A stretch of DNA of 64,000 nt from Lobosporangium transversale (Eukaryota). The translations under genes were made by a program, and so were the position numbers. The notes under the pieces were generated by a model. It was not told where the DNA came from. It saw nothing but the letters and a program-made list of their open reading frames with translations, and did not search any database. Below, piece after piece: positions 12,401-25,335 of the stretch (position 1 is its first letter; each line of letters begins with the position of its first letter). The stretch lies in assembly GCF_002105155.1 (NCBI RefSeq), contig NW_019028990.1:62001-126000 (forward strand), read 5' to 3'.

Positions 12401-13127
12401 GAATAAAAATAAAAAAATGCGTCAGATTTCAATATCTCTTGTTCCACAAGAATCCAATGTCACGCGCAGCTCAGTTTCGATTGCGTGTTTTTGTTTTTTT
12501 TTGCTTTGAGTCGACATCATTGCTGTACCTCGAGTCGATTCTTGCCTTGATAGCTTTTTAAGACCTCATCAGTATAGATCCCAAGATCGCGAAAGGGGTT
12601 GACACTAATCAACACATGTCCAATGTAGGTCTAAAAAAAATAAAAAAAAAGAAAGACATTAAGGAACAGAACGATAAATTATATATTTTTAAATATGCAG
12701 CACATATTATTATTATATTGCTCTTCTTTTTTATTAATATTATTTCACAAGTCTTTGTCGTCCCATTGAACCAGTTTCTTACATAGATCTCTTGGTTTTC
12801 AAAACGTTTTTTCAGATTCTCATTGATGGTCTCGTTCTGAACCTTTGTCAAAAGAGTCATGTCGCTCACTCCAGCCGACTTTTTCTTGACACTCTCCTGA
12901 AAAAAATTAGCCTTTTGTGGGGCATTTGTGGCATTGCCCTTCTTTGACTTTGGTGCCTATGATATGAAATAGCAATAAGAAAGAAAAAAGATGGGATAGG
13001 TCAAAACTCTAGGCTCAACGATGTCCTTATACTCAAACACAGTTGAGATGCTCAAGAATTTGACCATGTGCATGTGATTCCTTTTTGAAGAATGATGTAA
13101 AATTGCATCTTTTTTTTTTATTACCAT
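7604..13127 (-). CDS. MYO1: Class I myosin (fungal myosin-1: motor, IQ motifs, TH1, Pro/Ala-rich region, SH3); ~16 coding exons
   Basis: Motifs: [55 protein letters not shown] loop [15 protein letters not shown] motifs (IQRAWR, IQRCWR) and SH3 (KAIYNF...GWW...GWVPSNY). GT-AG junctions join in frame from ATG 13127 to TGA 7604-7606. Confidence 0.97.
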
Positions 13128-14217
13128 GACTGTCTACAAAAATAAATAGAAATAAAAATAAGTAAAAGAAGAGAAGGAAGAGAAGGAGAAGGAGAAGAAG
13201 AAGAAGAAGAGGATGAAGGGAGAAAGGGAAATGAAAGGGAGAGCGAAGAAAAGAATAAAGAGATGAAGAAACGAGATGAAATGAAAGATTATGATGAGGA
13301 AACGAAGAAGAAAGAGAAAGAGCATGAATTACTGGGATATTAATGACGTTTTTAGTGCAACCGTGCCTGTTTGTTTAATTTATCGTGCTCATATCTCTGT
13401 AGGCTGTGGTGCATTGTTGCAGACAAATCAGGTTTTTTAAGGGCCCATGTAACCATAGTGTAAAGACCTACTTCAGTAAAGTGGACTCATATGCAATGTT
13501 GGATTATATATCACGGAAAGCATTAGCGTCTTGGGACTTAAAAAAGGTGTATACGCGTGGTATCCGACCATGGTGGAGATGTGGAGATGTGGAGACAAAA
13601 ATGTAAAAAAGAATCAATGCACCATGGACTTAATATTCACTCATCTGGACCCTGGAAGGTCCAACACTCTATAACATCAGCACGGTGTTAGGGGACAATG
13701 CTTATTATGCATTGCATCGTTGTTTTATGTTTTTTGGCAAAGGTGTGGATAATGTTTGATTGCATGCACTTATTGTACTGTACGCGATATGCTTTGCCTG
13801 TGCATCCCAAAAGACTTTCCATCTTTGGCCTCTCTTTGCCACTTTCTTGCAGCCCGCCTTTTCTTAAAAAATTATTATTTAATTTTATTTTTACAAAAAG
13901 TGTCAAAGAAGACGTTCATTGTCATCAATTTAACATCAATAATCCAAACAGATGACTCTAACAATGCATATCCAACAATACTTAACCAACACCCATGTCT
14001 CTTCTTGTGTCAAATGTGGCATAAAGATCTTTTCTTTTTTTTCTTTTTTTTTTTGCCTTCTCTTCTTTTTCTCCCTTCGTCCAACGACCCACTTTATGAC
14101 CCAAAGCTTCCGTTGTTTCGTCTCCTCCTCCCTTGGCGATTTGTCTTCTATATACCATAGTAAAACACTGCAAACACACAGCAACGATAGAAACGATAGC
14201 AACGATAGCAATCACAG

Positions 14218-14250
<33 letters not shown>

Positions 14251-14277
14251 AAAAACCTCCGCTCCTCTTCTTAATCA

Positions 14278-14312
<35 letters not shown>

Positions 14313-14314
<2 letters not shown>

Positions 14315-15499
14315 GCCTCCCAAGCTCACTGTTACGATTGCTGGTGGCGGCATAGGTGGTCTCACCCTAGCCATCATGCTTTCAGCCGCTAATATCGACT
14401 ACGTCGTCTTAGAGCGCTCCTCAGGCCTCCGGACCATGGGCAGTACCATCGCACTCAATGCTTGCTCACTTCGGCTCATGGAACAACTCGGTCTCTGGCC
14501 TGAGATCCAAAAGATTGCTAAACCTATCGGTGCCTTTCACCTTCAAAATGATGATCTCTCCCCTATTGGCACAATTGATTTTACATTTGGCGAAAAACAC
14601 TATGGCTATCACGGCTATGTGATGTCTCGACCTGAACTCTTCAAATTACTCATGTCGTACGTCCCAAAAAGTAAAATCCTTCTCCAAAAGGCTGTGGTGG
14701 ATGTGGCCGAGACTGACTTTGGGGTACTATGTCGATGTTCTGATGGTTCCGAATACTGGAGTGATATGGTTGTCGGTGCAGATGGAGCGTATAGCAAAGT
14801 TCGCGAAAGGATGTATCATGGTCTGCAAATGGAGGGCCGCTTACCACTTGAGGATGCTGAACCCCTGAAGCTCACGCATCTGTGTGTCCTCGGAGTTTCC
14901 ACACCTCTTGACCCCAAGGTTTTCTCTACAGTGGAACAAAGGTTTTCGGAATTTGAGCTCGTCCTGATGAGAAAACGCAGTCTTTCGGTAAGCCGCGCCC
15001 TTTGATACCTATGCAGGCACGTCTGTATGCATGAGAAAATGTACGTACATGTCCGTGATCAATAAGCTGACTTTTGCCACTCTTTCTGTTTCTGACGATC
15101 ATTTTTTGCTGTTCACGATATCAAGATTTGGTTGAGTCCTATCGGTGGCAATAAAATCTCTTGGTGCTATGGTGGCGAGATCGAACCTGGATCACATAAC
15201 CTGATGGAGGGTCTGGATGGATACTGGGGCAAAGGATCAACGAACACTCTGCAAATACTCGAGGAGATCAATGATGTTCCTACCGTCTATGGCTGTAAGG
15301 TTGGGGACATTATCAAAACAACACCCAAGGACTTGGTCTCATCCGTTCTACTTGAAGAAAAGTTTTTTGAGACTTGGCATAGTAAACGCATTGTCTTGTT
15401 AGGAGATGGTAAGTAACACAGCCAAAAAAAGAAAAAAAAAAAAAAAAAAAAAAAAAAAAACATTTCTTATTCCTTTTTTCTCTAATGCTAATTGTAAGA

Positions 15500-15537
<38 letters not shown>

Positions 15538-15651
15538 CAAAGCATGCCACAAGGTAAATTTTTTGATGGACGTAAAAACCTCTTTTCCCAGTTTAAGTTC
15601 CCTCACCTAACTTTTTAGTTTTTCTTTTTAACGAACCCAATTGATTTTTCC

Positions 15652-15682
<31 letters not shown>

Positions 15683-16032
15683 TGCTCCCATTTGCAGGCC
15701 AGGGAGCTGTGCATGCAATGTTGGATGGTCTCTGTCTTGTCAACCTCCTTCATGAGATGAAAGGCACAACCACTACTGATTTCGAACGTGTCTTCCAGAC
15801 CTACTATCAGCAACGATCTGGTGCAGCACGAAAAGCTGTGATCGGCTCTAGGATATTTGGTCGCTTTGTGGCTTCCAGAGGCACCTTCGCTCACTGGGTG
15901 CGTGAGATTGTCCTAAAGTTTTTCCCAAAGTGGTTCACAAGGATGTTGGCTGATCTAGTCATGCGTGACCGGCCACAGCTTTCATTCCTTCCTCGGATCG
16001 AAGATCGGGGCATGGTCAAAGCCTTGTATTGA
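14313..16032 (+). CDS. FAD-dependent monooxygenase (class A flavoprotein hydroxylase, FAD_binding_3); 4 exons
   Basis: GxGxxG (IAGGGIGGL), DG motif (VVGADGAYS) and GD motif (LLGD-ACHK-VLPFAGQGA). Exons 14313-14987, 15126-15408, 15543-15553 and 15682-16032. Confidence 0.93.
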
Positions 16033-17067
16033 AGTACATCCCCCCTCCCCCCCCAAAAAAAAAAGAAAAGAAAAGAAAGAACATTGTATCGTTAAATAGT
16101 GTTAATATAATTTATTTCTCCCACCACTCCCATCTCTCCTGCAAGAAGGCAGTGTTGATTATTATTGTTATTATTGGTATATATTTGGCTATGATTATAA
16201 CAATGTTGATGTTGATAATGTTGATGATGATATTGATGACGAACATGGATGGATAGGATAATATATAAATATGTCTATATATTTCAGCCTTTTCAGGAAG
16301 GAAAACCCTGGCTGACCTGGGGGCGTTCCGCAGAATGAGGCTCTCCCTTTCGAGGAGTTTTGCTTGCTATAAAAGAGGGGAACGGACGCAAGGCCACAGA
16401 AAGACCAAGCGACAACTTTAATCTCCCTAGGTCTCCCGTGTGTTTACGGGAGAGAATTGTTCAAGGAAAAAAATTTAAAAAGTTTGCCGTGTCGATCCAA
16501 TATTTATACTCTTCTCATCCCTCGTCCAATCCTCTACTCCCCATTAAAACCAGTCCCACTTTTCTGTCACACACACACAACAATTTAGAAAAACTTTTTG
16601 CCCTTCAAAGACTGCTTTTAACCATACACCACTTCTTGTCAAAAAATAAAAAAAAAGTTTGTTGATAAAAAAGATCTTCACAAATGGAGTTAGAATTAGA
16701 TAAATCCAAACGGGTTTGTTGCCAAAGTCTCTCATCCATTATAGATTAGCTTCAATATACACTTCAATCAGGTAGATTTATTTTAAAAATAAATAATAAT
16801 AACAATGATGATAATGATAATGATAATGATAATGATAACAGTGATAACAATGATAATGATGATCACAATAATAATGATAACGATAATAGTGGTAAATATA
16901 TACAATATGAATGGTTACTGATAACTGCAATGACTATATATCTAATAGCTGACGAATAGCGAAATGAATGGTATTGAAACTATTAAAGGCTTCGTTTCGT
17001 ATGTCTTCCCCACATTCCGTTATCTGATGGAATATTAGGGTAATAAATAAAAATATGTATATACTAT

Positions 17068-18547
17068 TTAGTGATCTAATTCACCCCGATATGCCTTTGC
17101 GAGTTCCTTGACAGCATCCACCGTTCCAATGGCAGATCCAGCTGTGCCCACAATAATGATGAATACCATCACAGCCAACTCGAGCTTGCCAACCCTCTTA
17201 AAGCCATAGAGTTTGAGATAAAATAGCACGGGGAAGACAAACGTCAACATGCCATCACTCAAGGCCCCAAGCAATGCCATCATCTGACCAAAGTACGGGA
17301 AGAACAACGCAACAGTGGCAACAAGGACCATGGACAGAGTACGGATGATGGCACGGTAAATGAATTCAGTCTTGGTCGACAGTCCACGGGAATCAAGCTT
17401 CAGTGCGGTTTCCACCTGGAGATTAAAGGTGGTCATGAAAAGAGGGATCGCCAACAAGACATGGAGTGTGATAGTAATCGTGGAGATGGTACGGGTGGCT
17501 CCACCAGGGAGATTCAAATAGATGGGTGATTTGACAATATCGCCATAAACTGCGTATCCAGAGATTGAACAGAGAAAGTAGAGAAGAGTGACAGTCAATG
17601 TCCCCCAGAGGACCATCTTGTTCCAAGCACGCTTGTGCTTCATACTCTCCTCTACGTGAGGAAAGACAACGTTGCCACCATAAGAGAAAGCGAACGTAGC
17701 GAGGGCGAGAGGCAGGTTACGGGGAATGACTGCAACATGGCTTACAGGCTCGATCACCCCATTGGGCTTAAGAACTTCATCAAATTCTTTAGAGTGAACA
17801 ATGGCTGCGACCATGACAATGAAGACGACAATGGCCGTAGAGAGAGCACCAAAGATACTAAGGAAAGCGACCTCACGCATGGTCTTGGTAAGAATAATAG
17901 GTACTACCATGATGCCTGCAGCGATCATGATCCATTGCTTCAAAGTAATGGTACTGCCGACGGAGGAAGCAAGATCGTGGATATTGGTTCCGGTCAAAAT
18001 GAGGTATAGGATAGGTCCACCCAAAGCAATGGAGTTGTAGAAGAATGTGACAATGATTCGCCCTGGCAGCCCAAAAGCCGCATGGGCAACATCGGGGTAT
18101 TCTCTCAACCGAGTCTGACTACATCAAAGCCAATCCAATTTTTTTTTAACACAAATGATAAAATTAGTATAGAATTTTTTTTTTTTTTTTTTTTTTTTTT
18201 TCTTTTAAAAGATAAACAAAAAAAAAAAAAAAAAAAAAAGTCCGAATTAGATAATGCAGTATGATTTACCCGTTATAATATAGACACTTGATTAGTTTTT
18301 GATATGAGTAAATCGCCATGGCACATGCAAGAGCAAGGACAATAAGACCGACCCAACCTGCATCACGAAGAGCAGCTGGAAGTCCAAGAGTGCCTGCGCC
18401 AGCAAGTACACTGACAATGTTGACGTAGGCTTGAAAGTTCGTGGCTTTGCCCGCTGGTGCATTAGCATAGATGTCTCCATCAAGAGATCCACTAGAGGCA
18501 TCACTCTCTATTTCGCTCTCGTTGAATTTCTCTGTATTCTTTGACAT
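17068..18547 (-). CDS. Amino acid transporter, AAAP/Aa_trans (AVT1-like) family; 2 exons
   Basis: GAGTLGLPAALRDAGW, YPDVAHAAFG, FAFSYGGNVVFP and many hydrophobic helices. Exons 18547-18270 and 18118-17068. Confidence 0.93.
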
Positions 18548-21437
18548 TCCTTTTTTTATGTCTGCTGTTTGAGATTGTTAGATAACGACGAGAAGAGGAT
18601 TCAATGTAATGATTGTAGTGATGATATGGTACTAAGTGCTAGTAATAGTAGTTGTAGTATATAATAGTATTAGTGGTAGTGGGTATTGGTAACGGTATAT
18701 ATTTATGGTGGGTGGCGGTGCTAGTGGAAGTAGTGACAGACGTAGTGGTAGTTATCGTAAGGGATGTGGAGAACGGAAGAGAGTGATAGGAGTCTGAAAG
18801 CGTAAATAGATGAGAGTGAACAGAAAGAAGGATTATGGGGTTATGTGTGTTGTAAAAAAAAAAGGATTTGGGATCGATCGATGTCCTTTTTAAATGCCTT
18901 GTTATTAGACGACAATCAAGGGGTTGTTCAAGAATAATTGCAGCGCTATGTGGCCGTTTTTTTGTCGAAGCACGCCATCGAGCGCTATATTCCACAGGAG
19001 TGGTTCTCCCTGAAGGTACCGGAGTTTGATTGTTTTGAAACGGGTTTAGGGCAGAAAATCCACTTGTAGGATAAATATTTATACTTATAAATATTTCTAT
19101 ATTCTGTACATCCCAAGACCCTGCTTTCGTCCTACATGTACACAGATATAATTATTGTAATTTGTCGTCATATCATTACATTTTGTCCTCATTAGGACAA
19201 CCTCCAGGGCATTGCATTAAAACCGAAGTAAGCTCGCCATTATTTAAACCAAAAGCTATTGGGTATTTCCTGAGAATCAATGCCGAGAATAGCCCGTACT
19301 TCTGATTGGGCTGAGTACCATCAAATGCTTATCCTCAACCCCACTTTCGTCATTGATCATATTCTGTATTTTATTCCTTTCTGCTGTGCTTCCTACATAA
19401 GTCCATATGCGCTTTCATACCCTTGAGTACTCTCCTATTATACCCTTACAAACTCTATACACATGCTCGCAGCCCCTTCCTCTGTGTCGTCGATAATGGT
19501 TACTGATATTGATATTATCCAGAACCCTGGATGTGTCCTGTGGCCCAGACAAAGGATACGAGGTGTATAAGGAAAGTTAATTTCACAATGATCTTTCAAC
19601 CTATCAAGTCTCGACCAGTACACAAGACAAGGATATGAAGTGCATGTGATCAATTGAGGATGAAGACGAGTAGACATCGCGCCATATCGGAGCAGTCTAA
19701 TTCAAAAAAAAAAAAAAAAAAAAAAAAAAAAAGCCACCATGGAAGAGATGGAACCTAGAACATTAGAGTCATTGGTAATAGAGGGCTTTGGAGGACAACT
19801 GGCGGAGATTACTATCCCCACAAGGCTCATTCACACTTTTTCGAATCGGAAAAAATAAAGCCCTAGTAGTTGTACAAGATAGACTATAAATTCTTGATCG
19901 CAGGGAATTCTCACCATCTATTTAGAAACGTGTGCTGTTGTGTTGTAAACAATTGTGATGAGGATTGTAAAGTCTAGGGATAGGTTGGGGGATTTGAGAT
20001 TGTGGAAACTTGTCTATCCTTATTATCCTTATTCCCACGATGTAGCGACTATATTAATTATATACAAACACGGTGGCCTTTGCTTCTGTTTGTCACACAG
20101 ATCGTATTCACGTGAGAGTACAAGTGTGGCTCGGCCAGTTTTTATTTTTTTTTTGGACAAGCAAATCATTTTGAGTAAAAAAGTAAAGAAACACTGGAGA
20201 ATGTCTGGTCCATTAAACTCCGTGTGGAAATACCTATACTCGGTCTATGAAACCAATCATTCATTCGGGCCACCAACAAGTTGCGTGCGGAAGAAGTCGT
20301 GTAGTCTCCTCTCGTTCGATCAAGAGTCAAGAGTTGTAAAACTTACATGTGAACTTAATTCAGATTCCGACTTATCTATGGTTTTTTAAGAGAGCCAAAA
20401 AAAAAAAAAAAAAAAAAAAAAAAAGAAAGAACAGCTTGGTCGTACCTGCAGATGGTTTCCTAGTATGGTATTCTACGTTAATAGGGAACCCTACATAGCC
20501 TACATGTTGTAGAATAGAACTATATTAGCAATCCACATGGACAATCGGAACCTTGAAATAGACATCCTTTACATCATAGACAGCAATAGTATTAAACTAG
20601 GGCCTTCTCTCCAATACCATTAATTGACAGGAATTGTTTCGAGAAGGCCACTGTTTTTTCATTTCTTTTTTTTTTTTTTTTTTTTTCGTCGAACATTGCA
20701 TTCAGTCTGATCTACTTGCTGAGATATTGTATAGTGCATAGGTTAGTTGAAGAAAAGATTCTTTTTTTTTTTATCTCTTTGATGTGCAATGATTTTTGCG
20801 AATGAGCCCTGATAAACAGGTAATGTTTGCTATGCTGGTCTTCACGATTTTTCTTGCGAAACCAAAGGATCTAAAGGGGCTATAATGGATAACAAGGGTA
20901 CAGAAGATGAGTGCGAGGTATAAATGAAAATATAGAGTATGTGACATGGATTCATAACTCATGGATGGCCATTGTGTCATTGTTGAAAGGTGGGTTGGGA
21001 GAGCGAGTTGCTTTTTATTTGAATTGGTACTAAGAGATAGCGTGTAAAGTTAAATTAAAGCGTTACCCATTTCCATGACACGTTATCACAGGACTTTGAG
21101 TCAAACATTCGTGAGAGCCAAGAGATCCAAGACATTTTTCTGGACTAAACAACCCTCGATGACAGCCACTCACATAGATAGCCCTTTTTCAATTCTTTTA
21201 TTTTTTTTATCTGTCTCTTTGTCTACTGACCGATCTTGATACCAAAATCCTTTTGTTTTCTACTCCACTTTGATCTCTTTTTCTTTATCAATCTTGTTCC
21301 TTCTCGCTCTTTCCTTTTCCCTTTTCCTTTTCCTTTTCCTTTTCCTTTTCCTTTTCCTTTCCTTCTCTCTTCTTGTTACCTCTTTCTGATCTTTCTCTTC
21401 GCTTCAGCCTCTGCATTGTCATTATTTATTAATCCAC

Positions 21438-23216
21438 ATGGCCGAAACGACCGTGACGGGAGAGAAGCTCCCCAACAATCAATCAGAGATCCCTCCAATG
21501 AAGGAGATCGCTGAGGATACTCCTGTTGATAATAATATACAGGCCCCTGGTCCTATTCCTATACCTGCCTGGCTCATCATCGTCAGTAAGTGTTGACGCC
21601 TCTGGTTTCATTCTTGACTCTCTGATCTCTATTCTTTGTCAAATCCAAAAAAAAAAAAAAAAAAAAAAGTACAATCAACTTTTTTTTCTAAAAACAGGCT
21701 GTTGAACCCTTCTTTTCTTTCTTTCTTTTTTTTTTTTTTTTTTTTTTTTTTTTATTACTCCTTAGCTGAGCTATGTGAGCGTTTCTCGTTTTATGGCGCT
21801 TCCATGTTGTTTCAGCGTTATATGCTTTTCCACCTTGAACTGTCCAAGGGCAGTGCCACTGCGATTTCTCGTGGCTTCGCATTCTTTTCTTATATCACCA
21901 CTATTTTCGGTGCCATCGTTGCCGATAAATGGCTCGGAAAGTTCAAGACGATTTTGATCTTCTCGATTCTTTACACTGCTGGTCTTGTTCTGTTGACGAT
22001 TTCTTCAATTGATTCTCTTAAAGACAATGTGGGCTTGCCTGGGTTCATTGTTGCGCTGTACTGTATGATTTCCTGGGGAACCGGGGGTATTAAATCCAAC
22101 GTTTCCACGTTCGCTGCCGAGCAAATCCCTGCTGAGAATTATCCTCATCCAACCAAGAGTGGAGTGACAATCAACCATGCCATCACTGTGGAACGTGTTT
22201 TCAGGTATTTTTACATGTCCATTAACGTTGGTGGAATGTTGGGACAGGCAATCACGCCAGCTGTCTCTGGGAAGGCTTGGGATTTGGCATTCATGATTCC
22301 AGCCATCGTCTTTGTTGTTGGGATCATCATCTTTGCTCTCGGCCGTCCCAAGTACTATGATCGTCCGCCTCAAGGGAACATCCTCGGACAGACTTTCCGT
22401 TGTATCGTCTTTGCTTTCAAGAACCGTCGTAGCCATCCCCCGGGTACTCACTGGATCCAAAGTGCAGCTGCTGCCAATGACGGTACACACGAGTGGAGCA
22501 ACAAATTTGTGAATGACCTTGAACGTACCTATCATGCATGCAAAGTCTTTATGGTGTACCCCGTTTATTGGGCACTTTACAACAATATGAACGACAACTT
22601 TATCAACATGGCTGTGAACATGACTCGTCCGAGCTGGCTCAAGCCCGAGCAACTGTCGTTTGTCAACTCTGCGGTCATTGTCATCTTTATCCCTATTCTC
22701 GATCTCATTATCTTTCCTCTTCTCCGTAAAGCTGGTTTTAAACTGGGACCGATCAACCGTATCATCATTGGTTTCACCATTGTCACGTTCTGCTTTGTCT
22801 ACGTCACGGTACTCCAGCATTTCTTGTACAAGAGCCCTCCATATTATGATTTTACAGGCAAGGATCCCAAGGACCCTAACCGGATTATCCAGATCCCGAC
22901 CAACAAGGAGGATGTGATTAATGAGATCACGATCTGGACTCAATTGCCTGCGTATATTTTGATTGGAATTTCAGAGATTTTTGCATCGGCTACGGGTCTT
23001 GAGTTTGCGTTCCGTTCAGCGGCGCCGGAGCTCAAGTCGGTTGTGATGGCGCTGTTCTTGGCGACGAACGCATTTGGATCGTTGATTGGAATGATTCTTG
23101 CCATCTGGAGTAATGATCCCAATTTTGTGTATGTGTATGCTGCACAGGCTGTGGCCATGTTTATCATGACTATACTCTTTGCATGGAAGTTTTCATATCT
23201 TGACAGGACGATTTAA
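21438..23216 (+). CDS. PTR2: Proton-dependent oligopeptide transporter (POT/PTR family); 2 exons
   Basis: ExxER motif (ELCERFSFYG), GAIVADKWLGKFKTI, GTGGIKSNV, FYMSINVG and EFAFRSAAPELKS. Exons 21438-21585 and 21766-23216. Confidence 0.95.
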
Positions 23217-23764
23217 AAAGAAAGAAAGAAGGAAAAGAAAGCAAAAAAAAAAAAAAAAAAAAGAAAAAGAAACAATGTTGTTTTTTCGATCAAGATTGAA
23301 AAGACTTTTTTTTTTTTTTTTTTTTTTTGTTTAGTTTGCTTTGCTTTGTTTTTTTCTTTTCTTTTTTCTTTTTTATAGTTGTGTATATAACGTAGAAATA
23401 TGTGGTTTACCTTTTTGTTTTATTGTCATTGTAATTGTACTGAAGAAATAAACTTTCAGAATTTGGATATATATTTAACCATATTACATTTTTATTCATT
23501 AAACTCAATGAAAAAAGGCAGTCGTCGTAGCACATTCATTCTACAAACATGTCAAAAAAAAAAAAAAAAAAAAAAAAATCGCTATGCTTCCCATTCCATG
23601 CTTTCTGGAAGAAAGAATGTCCAATGCCTTACCGAAAAAAAAAAAAAAAAACTTTCGCCGAGGAGAAAAAAAAAAAAGAGCGGTGTTGATGTTGATGGTG
23701 ACACGAAAAGAAAAAAAAAGTAAACAGTTCCAGTTTCGTTTATTTATACTCTTCTTCTCTGTCT

Positions 23765-23798
<34 letters not shown>

Positions 23799-24668
23799 CA
23801 TTTCAACAAAAGATGGTGTAGGGCAAATGGGATCGATCACATCTTCATATCATAGCGATCAAGTTCCGGATAATGCAAGCTGTGTCAGATTCTGTTTGAG
23901 GACAAGGGGGAGAAGGATGCCAGATACCAAAAATGTGTTTTACGTGCATGATAATGTATATACATATTCATGTATATCACATGCAGATATAGTATCATAT
24001 ATATTTATACTTTTAAATACAAATAAGATATATATAATATATACATGGTATATATATATATATTTATATACTTTATTTAATTATATGAAAGAGTTAATTA
24101 ATTCTAGTATCTCTACGTTTTAATTGGGTCCTTAAACTGGATGAATATAGAAAGAAGATTTTTATTTTTTATTTTGTTTCATTTTGTTGTGCTCACTTTT
24201 TTATTTTGTTCATGGGATTGGCCGATCAGGTTCCTAATTGCCTGCAGACATAGACTTTTTCAGTCCAAAGCTCCATATTCGTACTTTTATCGTGTCCGGT
24301 TTTTTGGGTGTGGTAAGCAAATTCAAGATCTAACGATGAGTTTAAAAAAGGAGGTGAGAGCGCAGTTGTACACCAAGAAAGAAAGAAAAAAAGAAAGAAA
24401 GAAAGAAAGAAAGAAAAAAAAAAAGATAAAAAAGACGCAAAGAAAAAGAAGAGCATGAATAAACCAGTGGAAAGAAAGAACGCTCCTATCTCCTCTCTCC
24501 TTCCTTTCCGTTCCTTAGTCCATCATTCGGTTGAAATGTCCGCATTTGTCAATGAACGAACAATGAGACGAGGAGAAGGGGGAGAGAGATGTAAAAAGCA
24601 CATGTGGTTTGTACTAAGATAGCAAAAACATTATGGAGTAATCCTTTTTTTTATTTTGTTTTTATATA

Positions 24669-24843
<175 letters not shown>

Positions 24844-25277
24844 TCTTCCTATCAAGCTCCATTCCATGTAAAAAAGAAAAGAAAGAAAAAGAAATGTATT
24901 GAGATATGATAGAGTCATGACATCGTTGTTATTTTAGTGTATTTAGACGTTAGAGTAACCAGCAGGGTCCTATCACTAAATGCTTTGTGACGATAGCAAT
25001 TGCGTTTTTTTTTTATTTTTCTTTTTGTTTCTGTGAGATCGAGCAATGGTTGGATCTGGAATCTGTTTAGTAAGATTGACCTTTTTCTTTTATTTTTATT
25101 TTTTATTTTTTTTGGTAAGAGGATCTGGTTCAGCTGGATGGACGGCAAAGAATAAAACCCTTTGACAACATATTTATATATTCACAAAAGGGAGAAGGAG
25201 GGGGGATATCGTGTGCATGCAAGTGGGGATGCATTTTTAATGCAAAGGCTTAAACACTAAAAAAATAGTTGATGTTT

Positions 25278-25335
25278 GTCTAATGGGGTCTAATGGTGTC
25301 TAATGGGGTCTAATGGTGTCTAATGGGGTCTAATA
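25278..25335. repeat. 10-bp tandem repeat GTCTAATGG(G/T), ~5.8 copies
   Basis: Directly visible; G and T variants alternate, giving a 20-bp period. Confidence 0.9.

Noticed and set aside
16296..16403. RNase P-like words AGGAAAACCCTGGCT and GCCACAGAAA
   Set aside because: The bulged U of helix P4 is missing and I found no matching downstream P4 strand.
22005..22943. 312-aa antisense ORF within PTR2
   Set aside because: A shadow of the sense gene's codon usage, with no motifs of its own.
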